Assembly: GCA_964441235.1 (NCBI GenBank) | Contig: CAYTUQ010000002.1 | Span: 1,705 to 65,704, forward strand | Source of the DNA: an uncultured bacterium | Lineage (GTDB): Bacteria; Fidelibacterota; UBA2242 | Direction: 5' to 3' | Length of the DNA: 64,000 nt | In this document: positions 28,637 through 37,034 of the stretch, one piece after another | Numbering within the stretch: position 1 is the stretch's first letter | Layout: each line of letters begins with the position of its first letter | Program-made: the position numbers and the translations under genes | Notes under the pieces: generated by a model | What the model saw: the letters and a program-made list of their open reading frames with translations, nothing else | Database searches by the model: none | Told to the model about the DNA's origin: nothing

Positions 28637-29369
28637 ATGAAGCTAATAATGAAAAGGATATTAACGCTGCTGATTTTTATGTTTTACACACTTTATTCCC
28701 ATGAAAAAATTGGGCTGGATTTTATATTCGCACATCCCAGAATCTGTTGGACTCCCCGGAAGAAATCAGATGGTCACCGGACGATTCTAAAATTGCATTC
28801 CTATGGAATAATTCAGGAGAACAATTCAGGGACATTCATCCGAGAGATAAAATGGTTACTTTATGACAATTTCCTTGCATTTAAAACTATCACCCACGAC
28901 TTGAAAAAGAGATACATCATTTTATCAAATACAAAATCAGGTGATCTGGGCACATTAATATTGCGAACACAGTAAAAAATGGATCGGCGACTTCGGAAAT
29001 AATCTCTTCTGGATTGAGAGCGGGGAAAAGATGTCATTTGGTGCCGGCAAAAATGGCTTTAACCATCTATACGCAATTCCAATCGAAAGCAGGCAGATTA
29101 TTGCTTTAACATGCGGTAAATGGAATGATATTGATTATAAAGTAGATGATTCCGGTCAGCATATTTTCTTTACCTCAACAAAAGATATCCCTAACGAACA
29201 CCACCTCTATTCTATTTCTATTACAAACGGAAAATCTGTTGATTTCATTTTCTATCCGTGTGAAAGCGATTGTATCAAATTAGATGGAAGCTATATAAAT
29301 TTATTCCAGAAGGTTTGTGAATATTTTGAAAGGAATTTAAAATGCTGCGGCGACCCACCGGAAAATTAG
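28637..29369 (+). pseudogene. Decayed N-terminal (beta-propeller) part of an S9/DPP-IV-like peptidase
   Basis: Homologous pieces lie in different frames. EEIRWSPDDSKIAFLWNNSGEQFRDIH is read in a frame other than ORF 28637-28975. ORF 29031-29369 encodes GFNHLYAIPIESRQIIALTCGKWNDIDYKVDDSGQHIFFTSTKDIPNEHHLYSISITNGK (DPPIV_N-like). No catalytic alpha/beta-hydrolase domain follows. Confidence 0.5.
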
Positions 29370-29390
29370 ATACCTGGTTTTTACTAATCT

Positions 29391-29714
29391 TCAGTTAGGC
29401 AATTTATCAGGTGGAATTGGCTGAATACCGAACGGCAAATTTCTCTCTTTATCGGGCATTTTGACTTCACCAAACTTTGACTCAAACTTAGCAATGTTGT
29501 CTCTAAGTGTATAAAGCAGAGTTTTTGCATGTATTGGAGTCATAATAATCCTGCTTTGAACGACAGCTTTGGGAGCTCCTGGCATAACTCTGGCAAAATC
29601 AATGACAAATTCTGCGCCTGAATGTGATATTACCGTAAAGTTGCTATAGTTACCTTCAGCTTTTGATTCGGGTAGCTCTATTTTTATCTGAGTAACCTGC
29701 TTTTTTTGATCCAC
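29391..29714 (-). CDS. DUF3467-family protein
   Basis: 107 aa. YSNFTVISHSGAEFVIDFARVMPG...RIIMTPIHAKTLLYTLRDNIAKFESKFGE matches my recollection of DUF3467. Confidence 0.65.
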   Translation of the reverse strand: MDQKKQVTQIKIELPESKAEGNYSNFTVISHSGAEFVIDFARVMPGAPKAVVQSRIIMTPIHAKTLLYTLRDNIAKFESKFGEVKMPDKERNLPFGIQPIPPDKLPN

Positions 29715-29752
29715 AATATCTCCTTGTTAAAAATCCCAAATTGTAAACCTGA

Positions 29753-30211
29753 TTATTTTTTCTTCTTTTTAGGTTTTTTCTTGGGTTTATCGGAAGATTC
29801 ATTTACTGAATTATCTTCATGGGATTCGTCCTCCCAATCATCAATAATTGCGATGTTATCCCCAAAAATATTCCATGCATCTTCTTCATTCTCATTTTGA
29901 AGACTTTTTTCGCGTTCTAATTCCTCTTCAAATTCGTCCCAGACTTCCTTACGCTTTTCAAACTTAGACGGATCTATTTCAGGCTCATCATAATCTTCCA
30001 GTTCTTCCTTTAACATTTCATCTCCATATAGACTCATATCAAAGAAATCTATATCATCTACTATATCATAGAAAACGAGTAACTCGAGGAAATTTAAATA
30101 TTTGGGATTTCGTAAATTTTTCTTACAGTGTGGACAAATTAAAGATTTTTTTAATTGTTCTTCCGATAATGGCTGACCACATTCTGGGCAAGCTAAATCT
30201 TCCATTGTCAC
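29753..30211 (-). CDS. Zinc-ribbon protein with acidic middle and Lys-rich tail (hypothetical)
   Basis: CPECGQ...CPHCKK zinc ribbon, highly acidic central region, KPKKKPKKKKK C-terminus. Confidence 0.5.
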   Translation of the reverse strand: MTMEDLACPECGQPLSEEQLKKSLICPHCKKNLRNPKYLNFLELLVFYDIVDDIDFFDMSLYGDEMLKEELEDYDEPEIDPSKFEKRKEVWDEFEEELEREKSLQNENEEDAWNIFGDNIAIIDDWEDESHEDNSVNESSDKPKKKPKKKKK

Positions 30212-30395
30212 TCCTCAATAATTGCGGCGGTAAATATAAACTGTTAAGCCCAGTTGGTCAAGAGAAATTTTAGATTTTTTTAATATTTTATTTTATGTAA
30301 AAATATTACTCTTAAAACGCATGAAACGCTTATTTTAATTACCTTTTATAATAAAATTCATACAGAACTTTTATATTGTGTATTACTGAAATTTT

Positions 30396-30929
30396 TCAAG
30401 TATTATTCTCAGTCGTCTGTTTATGTATAGATGTTATCAGGCTCTTTATTTGGATGTACCCGGATTCAATGGAATTATCTTCCTTCTTGTCAATTTGCAT
30501 ATTAAAACAGAAATCGGAATAATCTGATTTAAAGCCGATTCGTAATTGTACATTGCTATTATTAACGAAATATGCTGTCGTTAAATTGAAATCAATATTT
30601 AAATCAGCTGCTGCAATATAATTGTACTGAAAAATTTCTTTTACCAGACTATCTGAGGGTAGCAGAGACCTGCCAATATCAGAATTTAAAACAGGTATAA
30701 AACGGTTTGGGTCAATATTCTTGATAATCGGAAAAAATGCCTGGTGAATTATTGCCTTTATTTTAATACTATGCTCATCTATTAATGGGAAAAATACACG
30801 CTGTGCAATTTTAAATGGTATCGTATCAAATGGTAAACAAATGAGTATATATTCCTCATCTGAAGAATGCTGTGGACTGAGATTTCCGGTGCCCAATAAT
30901 TTTTTAACAGTTCGCTTTGATGTACTCAA
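30396..30929 (-). CDS. Hypothetical protein
   Basis: 177-aa ORF with no recognisable motif. First gene-sized ORF of the accessory island. Confidence 0.4.
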   Translation of the reverse strand: MSTSKRTVKKLLGTGNLSPQHSSDEEYILICLPFDTIPFKIAQRVFFPLIDEHSIKIKAIIHQAFFPIIKNIDPNRFIPVLNSDIGRSLLPSDSLVKEIFQYNYIAAADLNIDFNLTTAYFVNNSNVQLRIGFKSDYSDFCFNMQIDKKEDNSIESGYIQIKSLITSIHKQTTENNT

Positions 30930-31150
30930 TTATATCTCAATATTTTATCCTTATATCAAAATGCCTTTTTTTATATGGTACGCCTATAAGTCGAAGGGAA
31001 CGATTTTAAAAGACCTTTTTTCTTATCACTCACTAAACATTCCTTATTTTTTATTGGGTGGAAAATAAGTTATTCAGATGAAAAACAAAAGATATTTTAA
31101 ACCTGCACAGTAATTCACCAAGTTATAGGTTTTGCTCGTACCACGAAGCT

Positions 31151-31178
31151 CTGCTTCGCAAGCATATTTGCGAAGCAG
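31151..31178. repeat. Perfect 11-bp-stem GC-rich palindrome
   Basis: CTGCTTCGCAA (31151-31161), loop GCATAT, TTGCGAAGCAG (31168-31178). Partially pairing flanks (GTACCACG / CGCGGTAC). Confidence 0.8.
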
Positions 31179-31408
31179 TACGTAGGACGCGGTACATTTA
31201 TCCGTTTTAGTAAGAAGATCAGAAGACACGTCTGTGCCCGTAACTGACTCATTACCTTGCAAAACCAGGATAATGTTATCACTCATCAAACTTGTTATAT
31301 TATCTTAGATGATAAATAACAAAAGTTTTTATAGAAATTTAATTTATTGTCTTTTTACTTATTATCTGTAATTTTGTTTTCTGTGAAGATTTAAATAGGG
31401 AAATAACG

Positions 31409-31860
31409 ATGAGCATTAAAATAAAAAAGTTCGGCACTTTTGAGGGAGTTTTGACTCTACGCTCCTTGCTACTCTATTTTATTTACGGCAATAATTATAG
31501 AACTAAGCCTGCTGGTTATTCCGTAAATGATATTGGAAAAATAGATTTCTCCAAATTACGTAATGTTACAATTGGTAGGATTTTTTCTGAATTAAATATA
31601 ATTGAGCAGTGGGGACGGGAATTTACAAATATTATTGAATCTTGTAGGCAATATAAAAATATCGTTCCGGAATTCAAAGAAGAATTATTGTAGTTTAAGA
31701 TTATTTTTTGGAATAAGAAAATAGATAAAAAAGTCGGAGATAAGCTCGGAGAAAAGGTGGTCAGAAAATCTTGCAAAAAGCTAAAAATATATTAGACTTA
31801 GTTAAAACAAATCCACATATTTCAAAAAGTGAACGCACTGCGTTCAGAATTGAGCTGGAC
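31409..31860 (+). pseudogene. Frameshifted C-terminal remnant of an AlbA_2/HATPase_c_4-type (RecG-like) putative transcriptional regulator
   Basis: GRIFSELNIIEQWGREFTNIIESCRQYKNIVPEFKEE resembles the conserved ...E.WG.GI..I...C......P.F segment. Downstream, in other frames, KVGDKLGEK... and QKILQKAKNILDLVKTNPHISKSE resemble the C-terminal wHTH. The N-terminal AlbA_2 part is absent. Confidence 0.45.
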
Positions 31861-32020
31861 GCATTATAGTCTATTGTTGAAGGTAGAAATTGATGTTGTT
31901 GACCATATTATTGCCACCAAAACTGAATATTTTAGTTTTAAAGATAGAAAATTATTGCAATGTTGCTGAAAGTTTAATATTTTCATTTACCTGTATAAAT
32001 TTATACAGGAATTATAAAAT

Positions 32021-32602
32021 ATGAAAAATATAAAGGCTATAGAAATCTTACAAAATTCAGGGAAGAAGATTTTCACCCTTTCTGAAATAAAGAATATTTT
32101 AGGCATTGAGAAAGATAATACAATCTACAAAAAAGTAGAATCTTTGATAAAAGATCGGATATTAAAAAGGGCAATTAAAGGAATCTATTATTTTACTTAT
32201 AATTCACCGTCAGATTTTGAATTAGCTAATCATCTTTATCAACCGTCTTATGTCTCTCTTACTTCGGCGTTAAATTTCCATGGAATTTTAGTCCAGGTGC
32301 CATATAAAATAACTTCTGTTACTCCTAAATTAACACGGGAAATTTATATTAACGAAAAGACCTTTAAATATTCTCATATCTCAAAAGATTATTTTTGGGG
32401 ATATCAAAAAGTAGAAGGATTTCTAATTGCAGAACCAGAAAAAGCATTTTTGGATGTTCTGTTCTTTATGAGCTTGGGGAGGATTATTATAAGTTACGAT
32501 GAACTTTTGTTAGATAGGATTGATTATGAAAAATTTTCAGAAATGACCAAAAAAATTAAAAACCCTAACTTTCACAGATTTTTAAAAAAATTAAAATTAT
32601 GA
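32021..32602 (+). CDS. AbiEi-family type IV TA antitoxin / transcriptional regulator
   Basis: 193 aa with an N-terminal wHTH-like region. Its stop overlaps the start of the AbiEii gene (ATGA). Size and position are typical of AbiEi. Confidence 0.65.
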   Translation: MKNIKAIEILQNSGKKIFTLSEIKNILGIEKDNTIYKKVESLIKDRILKRAIKGIYYFTYNSPSDFELANHLYQPSYVSLTSALNFHGILVQVPYKITSVTPKLTREIYINEKTFKYSHISKDYFWGYQKVEGFLIAEPEKAFLDVLFFMSLGRIIISYDELLLDRIDYEKFSEMTKKIKNPNFHRFLKKLKL

Positions 32603-33399
32603 TTACACCTGAACAGATTCAAGATTTATCAAAAAAAAAGAGGATAAATCAAGATACTATACTGCGAGAATATCTTCAACTTTTATTTTTGCAGAATCTT
32701 TATAGCGAAAAGTTGTCACAGAAAATTTATTTTAGAGGCGGAACAGCAATTCATTTGCTTTTAGGTTCTTCACGATTTTCAATGGATTTGGATTTTACTT
32801 CAGAAATTTCTACAACTTGTCTGGAAAAATTAATAAAAAAGATTGTTGATAGAATGAATTTGGAAATTCCAGATATCAGATTAAAATCATCAAGAAAAAG
32901 AATCAATCACTCATTTTCTAAGATTCTATCCTATTATCCAAAAGAGAAGAAATACCCTGTTAATATTGCAATTGATTTCTCTTTAAGAGAAAAACCTGTG
33001 AAAAAAACTCAAATAACAGTATTGAAAACTGATTTTCCAATAAGTGGTTTACCTGTAATTTCACATCTACATTGGCAGGAAATCTTAGCAGAAAAAATCA
33101 GGGCAATCTTGATTCGTGGAAAAGGAAGAGATTTATATGATATTTATTATTTGGTTATGAAAAATATCCGCCAGCTGGCAGATTGGGATGTGGTGAAAGA
33201 AAAAATGAAGATATATCCAGAAGTTGATATTGATACAAATATGAATACTCTTATTAGTAGAATTGAAAAATTGGGAAACAAAGAGCTTAAAAATGATTTA
33301 GCCCAGTTTTTACCTGATTCTGAAAGAAATTCTCTTTTGCCAATATTGAAAGACGAGTTAATTAAAGAACTTGAAAAATATAAACAAACACGAGGATGA
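32599..33399 (+). CDS. AbiEii/AbiGii-family nucleotidyltransferase toxin
   Basis: FRGGTAIHLLLGSSRFSMDLDF (GGTAL...R.S.DLDF signature) and GKGRDLYDIYYL are both typical of AbiEii. Confidence 0.8.
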   Translation: MITPEQIQDLSKKKRINQDTILREYLQLLFLQNLYSEKLSQKIYFRGGTAIHLLLGSSRFSMDLDFTSEISTTCLEKLIKKIVDRMNLEIPDIRLKSSRKRINHSFSKILSYYPKEKKYPVNIAIDFSLREKPVKKTQITVLKTDFPISGLPVISHLHWQEILAEKIRAILIRGKGRDLYDIYYLVMKNIRQLADWDVVKEKMKIYPEVDIDTNMNTLISRIEKLGNKELKNDLAQFLPDSERNSLLPILKDELIKELEKYKQTRG

Positions 33400-33490
33400 G
33401 TTTATAATTCGGTGAAAATTATGAACAAAAATAATTACCAAAATTGGACAAATGATGCTTATAATAATTAAATAGGACCATGAAATAGTT

Positions 33491-34216
33491 ATGGATGAAA
33501 AGAGTTGGATAAAAAATAGACCGGAGTATGAAAGACCTCGTGAAAAACTTTTGAAGTTTGGTTCTAAGAATCTTTCTAATTCGGAATTACTTGCTATCTT
33601 TCTTAGAATAGGTGTTAAAGACAAAAGTGCAATTCAACTTGCAGCAGAAATATTAGAAAAATTTGGTGGGATTAGAGGAATTTGTACTGCCAAAATAGAA
33701 GATTTACTTACAATAAAAGGATTGGGTATAGCAAAGATTGCTCAATTAAAAGCAACTTTAGAACTCGCTGAAAGGTATCTTAAAGAAGATGTTAAGCAAA
33801 AATCAATTGTAGAAAGCTCAAAGGAAGTTTTAAATTATCTTCATCATTCAATGCAAGATTTAGATCATGAATTAATGAAAGTAATCCTTTTGAATGGTCA
33901 AAATCAAATAATAAATATTGTAGATTTATTTAGAGGCTCTATAAGTTCATCAAGTGTTTATCCAAGGGAGATAATCAAATTGGCTCTTAAATATTCAGCT
34001 TTAGCAATTGTTATTGTTCATAATCATCCTTCTGGAATTTCAAAACCAAGCGAAGGTGATAAAAAACTTACAAAAGAAATTATTTTTGCATGTATTTCTA
34101 CAGGTATTAAAGTTCACGACCATATAATAATTGGCAATAAAAAGCATTATAGTTTTGCTGATGAGGGAATTATTGAAGTTTACGAAAAAGAATATGAAAA
34201 GAGGATGAAACTATGA
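33491..34216 (+). CDS. radC: RadC-family JAB-domain protein
   Basis: N-terminal PEYERPREKLLKFGSKNLSNSELLAIFLRIG, HhH region (IKGLGIAKIAQLKATLEL) and JAMM motif VHNHPSG...PSEGD. Confidence 0.9.
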   Translation: MDEKSWIKNRPEYERPREKLLKFGSKNLSNSELLAIFLRIGVKDKSAIQLAAEILEKFGGIRGICTAKIEDLLTIKGLGIAKIAQLKATLELAERYLKEDVKQKSIVESSKEVLNYLHHSMQDLDHELMKVILLNGQNQIINIVDLFRGSISSSSVYPREIIKLALKYSALAIVIVHNHPSGISKPSEGDKKLTKEIIFACISTGIKVHDHIIIGNKKHYSFADEGIIEVYEKEYEKRMKL

Positions 34217-36096
34217 GTCCAGTAAAATATCAAAGAGTGGATGAAATAGAAAAAAGGGGATATTTAAGAGATTATGCAACGGGAAAATGGGTTAGGTCAA
34301 GGCCCGAAGAAGGACCAAGACAAATATTTGAAAAAAGGTTAGTTGGAGAATATGGCTACGACAAAGGTCAAATTGAAATTGAGTTCTTAATACAAAAAGG
34401 AGCTAGAAAAATCGGTCCTGCTGATATAGTTGTTTTTCACGATTCAAAAAGAAAAACATTTGATAACATAAAAATAGTGGTTGAAACAAAGAGAAAAGAA
34501 AAAAATGATGGAAAAGATCAATTAAGATCTTATTCAATATCACCATCCCAAGAATTTGCAGTTTGGTTTAACGGAAAAGACATTCTATTTCTACAGGTTC
34601 TGAAAAAAGCACCATGGTTTAGAGAAATCCCAGATATTCCTAAAAAAGGTGAGACATTAGAAGATGTAGGGCTTTATTATAAGAAGGATTTAAAACCTGC
34701 AACAGAACTGAAAACTGTTTTTGAGATTTGTCACAATTATATTTATGCAAATGAGGGACTCTTGAAAGAGAAGGTATTTAATGAGGTGCTAAAACTAATT
34801 TTTATCAAAATGGCTGATGAAAAGAAATCAAATCCCAAATGTGAGTTTAGAATTACTGACAAAGAATTAAAAGAATTAGAAGAGGGCAAAGAAAATGCAT
34901 TTGTGAATAGGATTTTGAATCTTTTTAGTGAAGTAAAAACAAGATATAGTGATGTTTTTGAGAAAAATGAAAGAATATATCTAAGACCTTTAACAATTGC
35001 CTTTATTGTCAGTCAATTCCAAAAATATAGTTTGATTAACACTAAAGCAGATGTTAAAGGAACAGCATTTCAAACATTTGTTTATGCTCATCAAAGAGGA
35101 GAGAGAGGGGAGTTCTTTACACCACATCCAATTGTTGAATTAGCAGTAAATATGCTAAATCCAAAAGACAATGAAAGATTTATTGACCCTGCTTGTGGTT
35201 CTGGCGGTTTCCTTGTTAAAGGAATGAATTATATTAAAGAAAAATTTATTAAAGATAATCCTCATAGGATAACTGAAGCAGATAAATTTATAGGTGAATA
35301 TGCACATTCTTATGTTTCTGGAATTGATATTAATCCTGATTTGGCAAAAGTTGCAAAGATGCACATGATTTTGTATGATGATGGACACACGGGAATTTTT
35401 TCAGCGAATACTTTAGAGAGTTTTGATAATTTGGTAAAAACTGCACAAGAAATGGGAGTTCCAAGAGCAATACAACCAAGACCAAATACTTTTCAAGTTT
35501 TGATGACCAATCCACCTTTTGGGACAAAGGGAAAAGTAACGAATAAAAGAATCTTGGAAAACTTTGAACTTGGCCATAAATGGAAAAACGATAAAGAAAT
35601 AGGAGGATGGATAAAAACAAATAAAATCTTGGATGGGCAAGTTCCAGATATTTTATTCATTGAGAGATGTTTGCGGTTATTGGACAATCATGGTAGAATG
35701 GCAATTGTTTTGCCTGACGGTGATTTAACAAATCAAAATACAGAGCATATAAGAGAATTTATTAAACAAAAAGCAAGATTACTGGCAGTAGTTTCTATGC
35801 CTATTGGAACATTTATGCATGCTGGAGTTAATCCAAAAGCAAGTGTATTGTTTTTACAAAAATTGGATGAAGAAAAATTAGAAGAGTTGAATAGAAAAGA
35901 TTATCCCATCTTCATGGCCATTGCTGAGAGGATAGGCTATGATTTAACAAGTAAAACACCTAAAATACTTTACAAAAGAGATGAGAAGGGAGAGATAATT
36001 AAATATAAAGAAGGAAAACCAATTATTGAATCTGATATTCCAGAAATAATAGAAGCGTTTAACGGATTCAAAAGGAAATATAACTTGAGGTTTTAA
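34213..36096 (+). CDS. hsdM: Type I-like N6-adenine DNA methyltransferase (HsdM-like) with N-terminal PD-(D/E)xK-like (HsdR_N-type) domain
   Basis: Motif I IDPACGSGGFLV, motif IV LMTNPPFGTKG. The N-terminal ~130 aa carries GPADIVVF...IKIVVETKRK (D...E-x-K arrangement). Start overlaps the radC stop (ATGA). Confidence 0.85.
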   Translation: MSPVKYQRVDEIEKRGYLRDYATGKWVRSRPEEGPRQIFEKRLVGEYGYDKGQIEIEFLIQKGARKIGPADIVVFHDSKRKTFDNIKIVVETKRKEKNDGKDQLRSYSISPSQEFAVWFNGKDILFLQVLKKAPWFREIPDIPKKGETLEDVGLYYKKDLKPATELKTVFEICHNYIYANEGLLKEKVFNEVLKLIFIKMADEKKSNPKCEFRITDKELKELEEGKENAFVNRILNLFSEVKTRYSDVFEKNERIYLRPLTIAFIVSQFQKYSLINTKADVKGTAFQTFVYAHQRGERGEFFTPHPIVELAVNMLNPKDNERFIDPACGSGGFLVKGMNYIKEKFIKDNPHRITEADKFIGEYAHSYVSGIDINPDLAKVAKMHMILYDDGHTGIFSANTLESFDNLVKTAQEMGVPRAIQPRPNTFQVLMTNPPFGTKGKVTNKRILENFELGHKWKNDKEIGGWIKTNKILDGQVPDILFIERCLRLLDNHGRMAIVLPDGDLTNQNTEHIREFIKQKARLLAVVSMPIGTFMHAGVNPKASVLFLQKLDEEKLEELNRKDYPIFMAIAERIGYDLTSKTPKILYKRDEKGEIIKYKEGKPIIESDIPEIIEAFNGFKRKYNLRF

Positions 36097-37034
36097 TGAT
36101 GGAAAAAGAAAAAATGACTTTTGAGGATTTTTGGAATCATGAAACAGAATATTTTAAAGAAACGGCAAAAGAAAGTTTTAAAAAAAATAAACAGGGAGTT
36201 GAATATTTTATAGAATATCTCGATAATTATATAGATCTATTTGGCATAAACAAGTATTACCAAAAAGATGAAATAACAAATTCTATTTCTGCTATGTTTC
36301 TCTTTTACTCCTTTAAACAATTGCGATGGGTTAATCATGAGATTCTATCAGGTGCTTATTTTGAGGCAATCAGAGATTTAAGATTTGCATTTGAAACTAT
36401 TGTTTGGGCACATTTTTTAGATGAGTGGATTAACGAAAAAACAAAAGAATACCTAAAAGTAAGTATAGGAGCAGGAATATCTTTAAAATATGAGATTTTA
36501 AAGTTAAGAGATGAGATATATGATGTCAAAGGTTATAGAAAAAAGAAAAATGAAAGAGAGAAAATAGTTAAGGAAAATGTTGGCAAATTCATAAAAAAGC
36601 ATGCCCAAGATTTTACAAACGAAGAAACGTGGAAATATAAAGAACTTTATTTTGAAATCTTGAAGAACTTGGGAGTTGGATTTACTGGAAAAAATGGATT
36701 AATTGCTAAACTTCCCTTAGAAGAGGAAGATGAAAAGAAGTTGGACAAACTTTATTCAGAATTATCAAAATATATCCATCCATCAAACAGAATAATAAAA
36801 CCGTTTTATGAAGACGATATTGGTTTAATCTTTAATTTTTGCTATAATAAAATATTATTTAATAGCTGTATGAGGTTTCTTGTAGATGTTATGGACTTAT
36901 TTTATGCCATTCTTTACGTCCATTTTGAGAAACTTAGAGAAGTGATTAAAGAAAAAATTGTAGATTTTTGTAAGGTTAATTTTAATATGGAATTTCCGAT
37001 AACTGAAAAATTAATACGGGATGACCTAGTATGA
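36096..37034 (+). CDS. Hypothetical all-alpha protein inserted between hsdM and hsdS
   Basis: 312 aa. Start overlaps the hsdM stop (TAATG) and the stop overlaps the hsdS start (ATGA). No catalytic motif recognised. RDLRFAFETIVWAHFL and LSKYIHPSN faintly recall HEPN/AbiV-like helical proteins. Confidence 0.6.
   Translation: MMEKEKMTFEDFWNHETEYFKETAKESFKKNKQGVEYFIEYLDNYIDLFGINKYYQKDEITNSISAMFLFYSFKQLRWVNHEILSGAYFEAIRDLRFAFETIVWAHFLDEWINEKTKEYLKVSIGAGISLKYEILKLRDEIYDVKGYRKKKNEREKIVKENVGKFIKKHAQDFTNEETWKYKELYFEILKNLGVGFTGKNGLIAKLPLEEEDEKKLDKLYSELSKYIHPSNRIIKPFYEDDIGLIFNFCYNKILFNSCMRFLVDVMDLFYAILYVHFEKLREVIKEKIVDFCKVNFNMEFPITEKLIRDDLV

Noticed and set aside
31074-31289. 71-aa minus-strand ORF
   Set aside because: It spans the perfect GC-rich palindrome at 31151-31178 and has no recognisable features. 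It is probably a by-product of the repeat.
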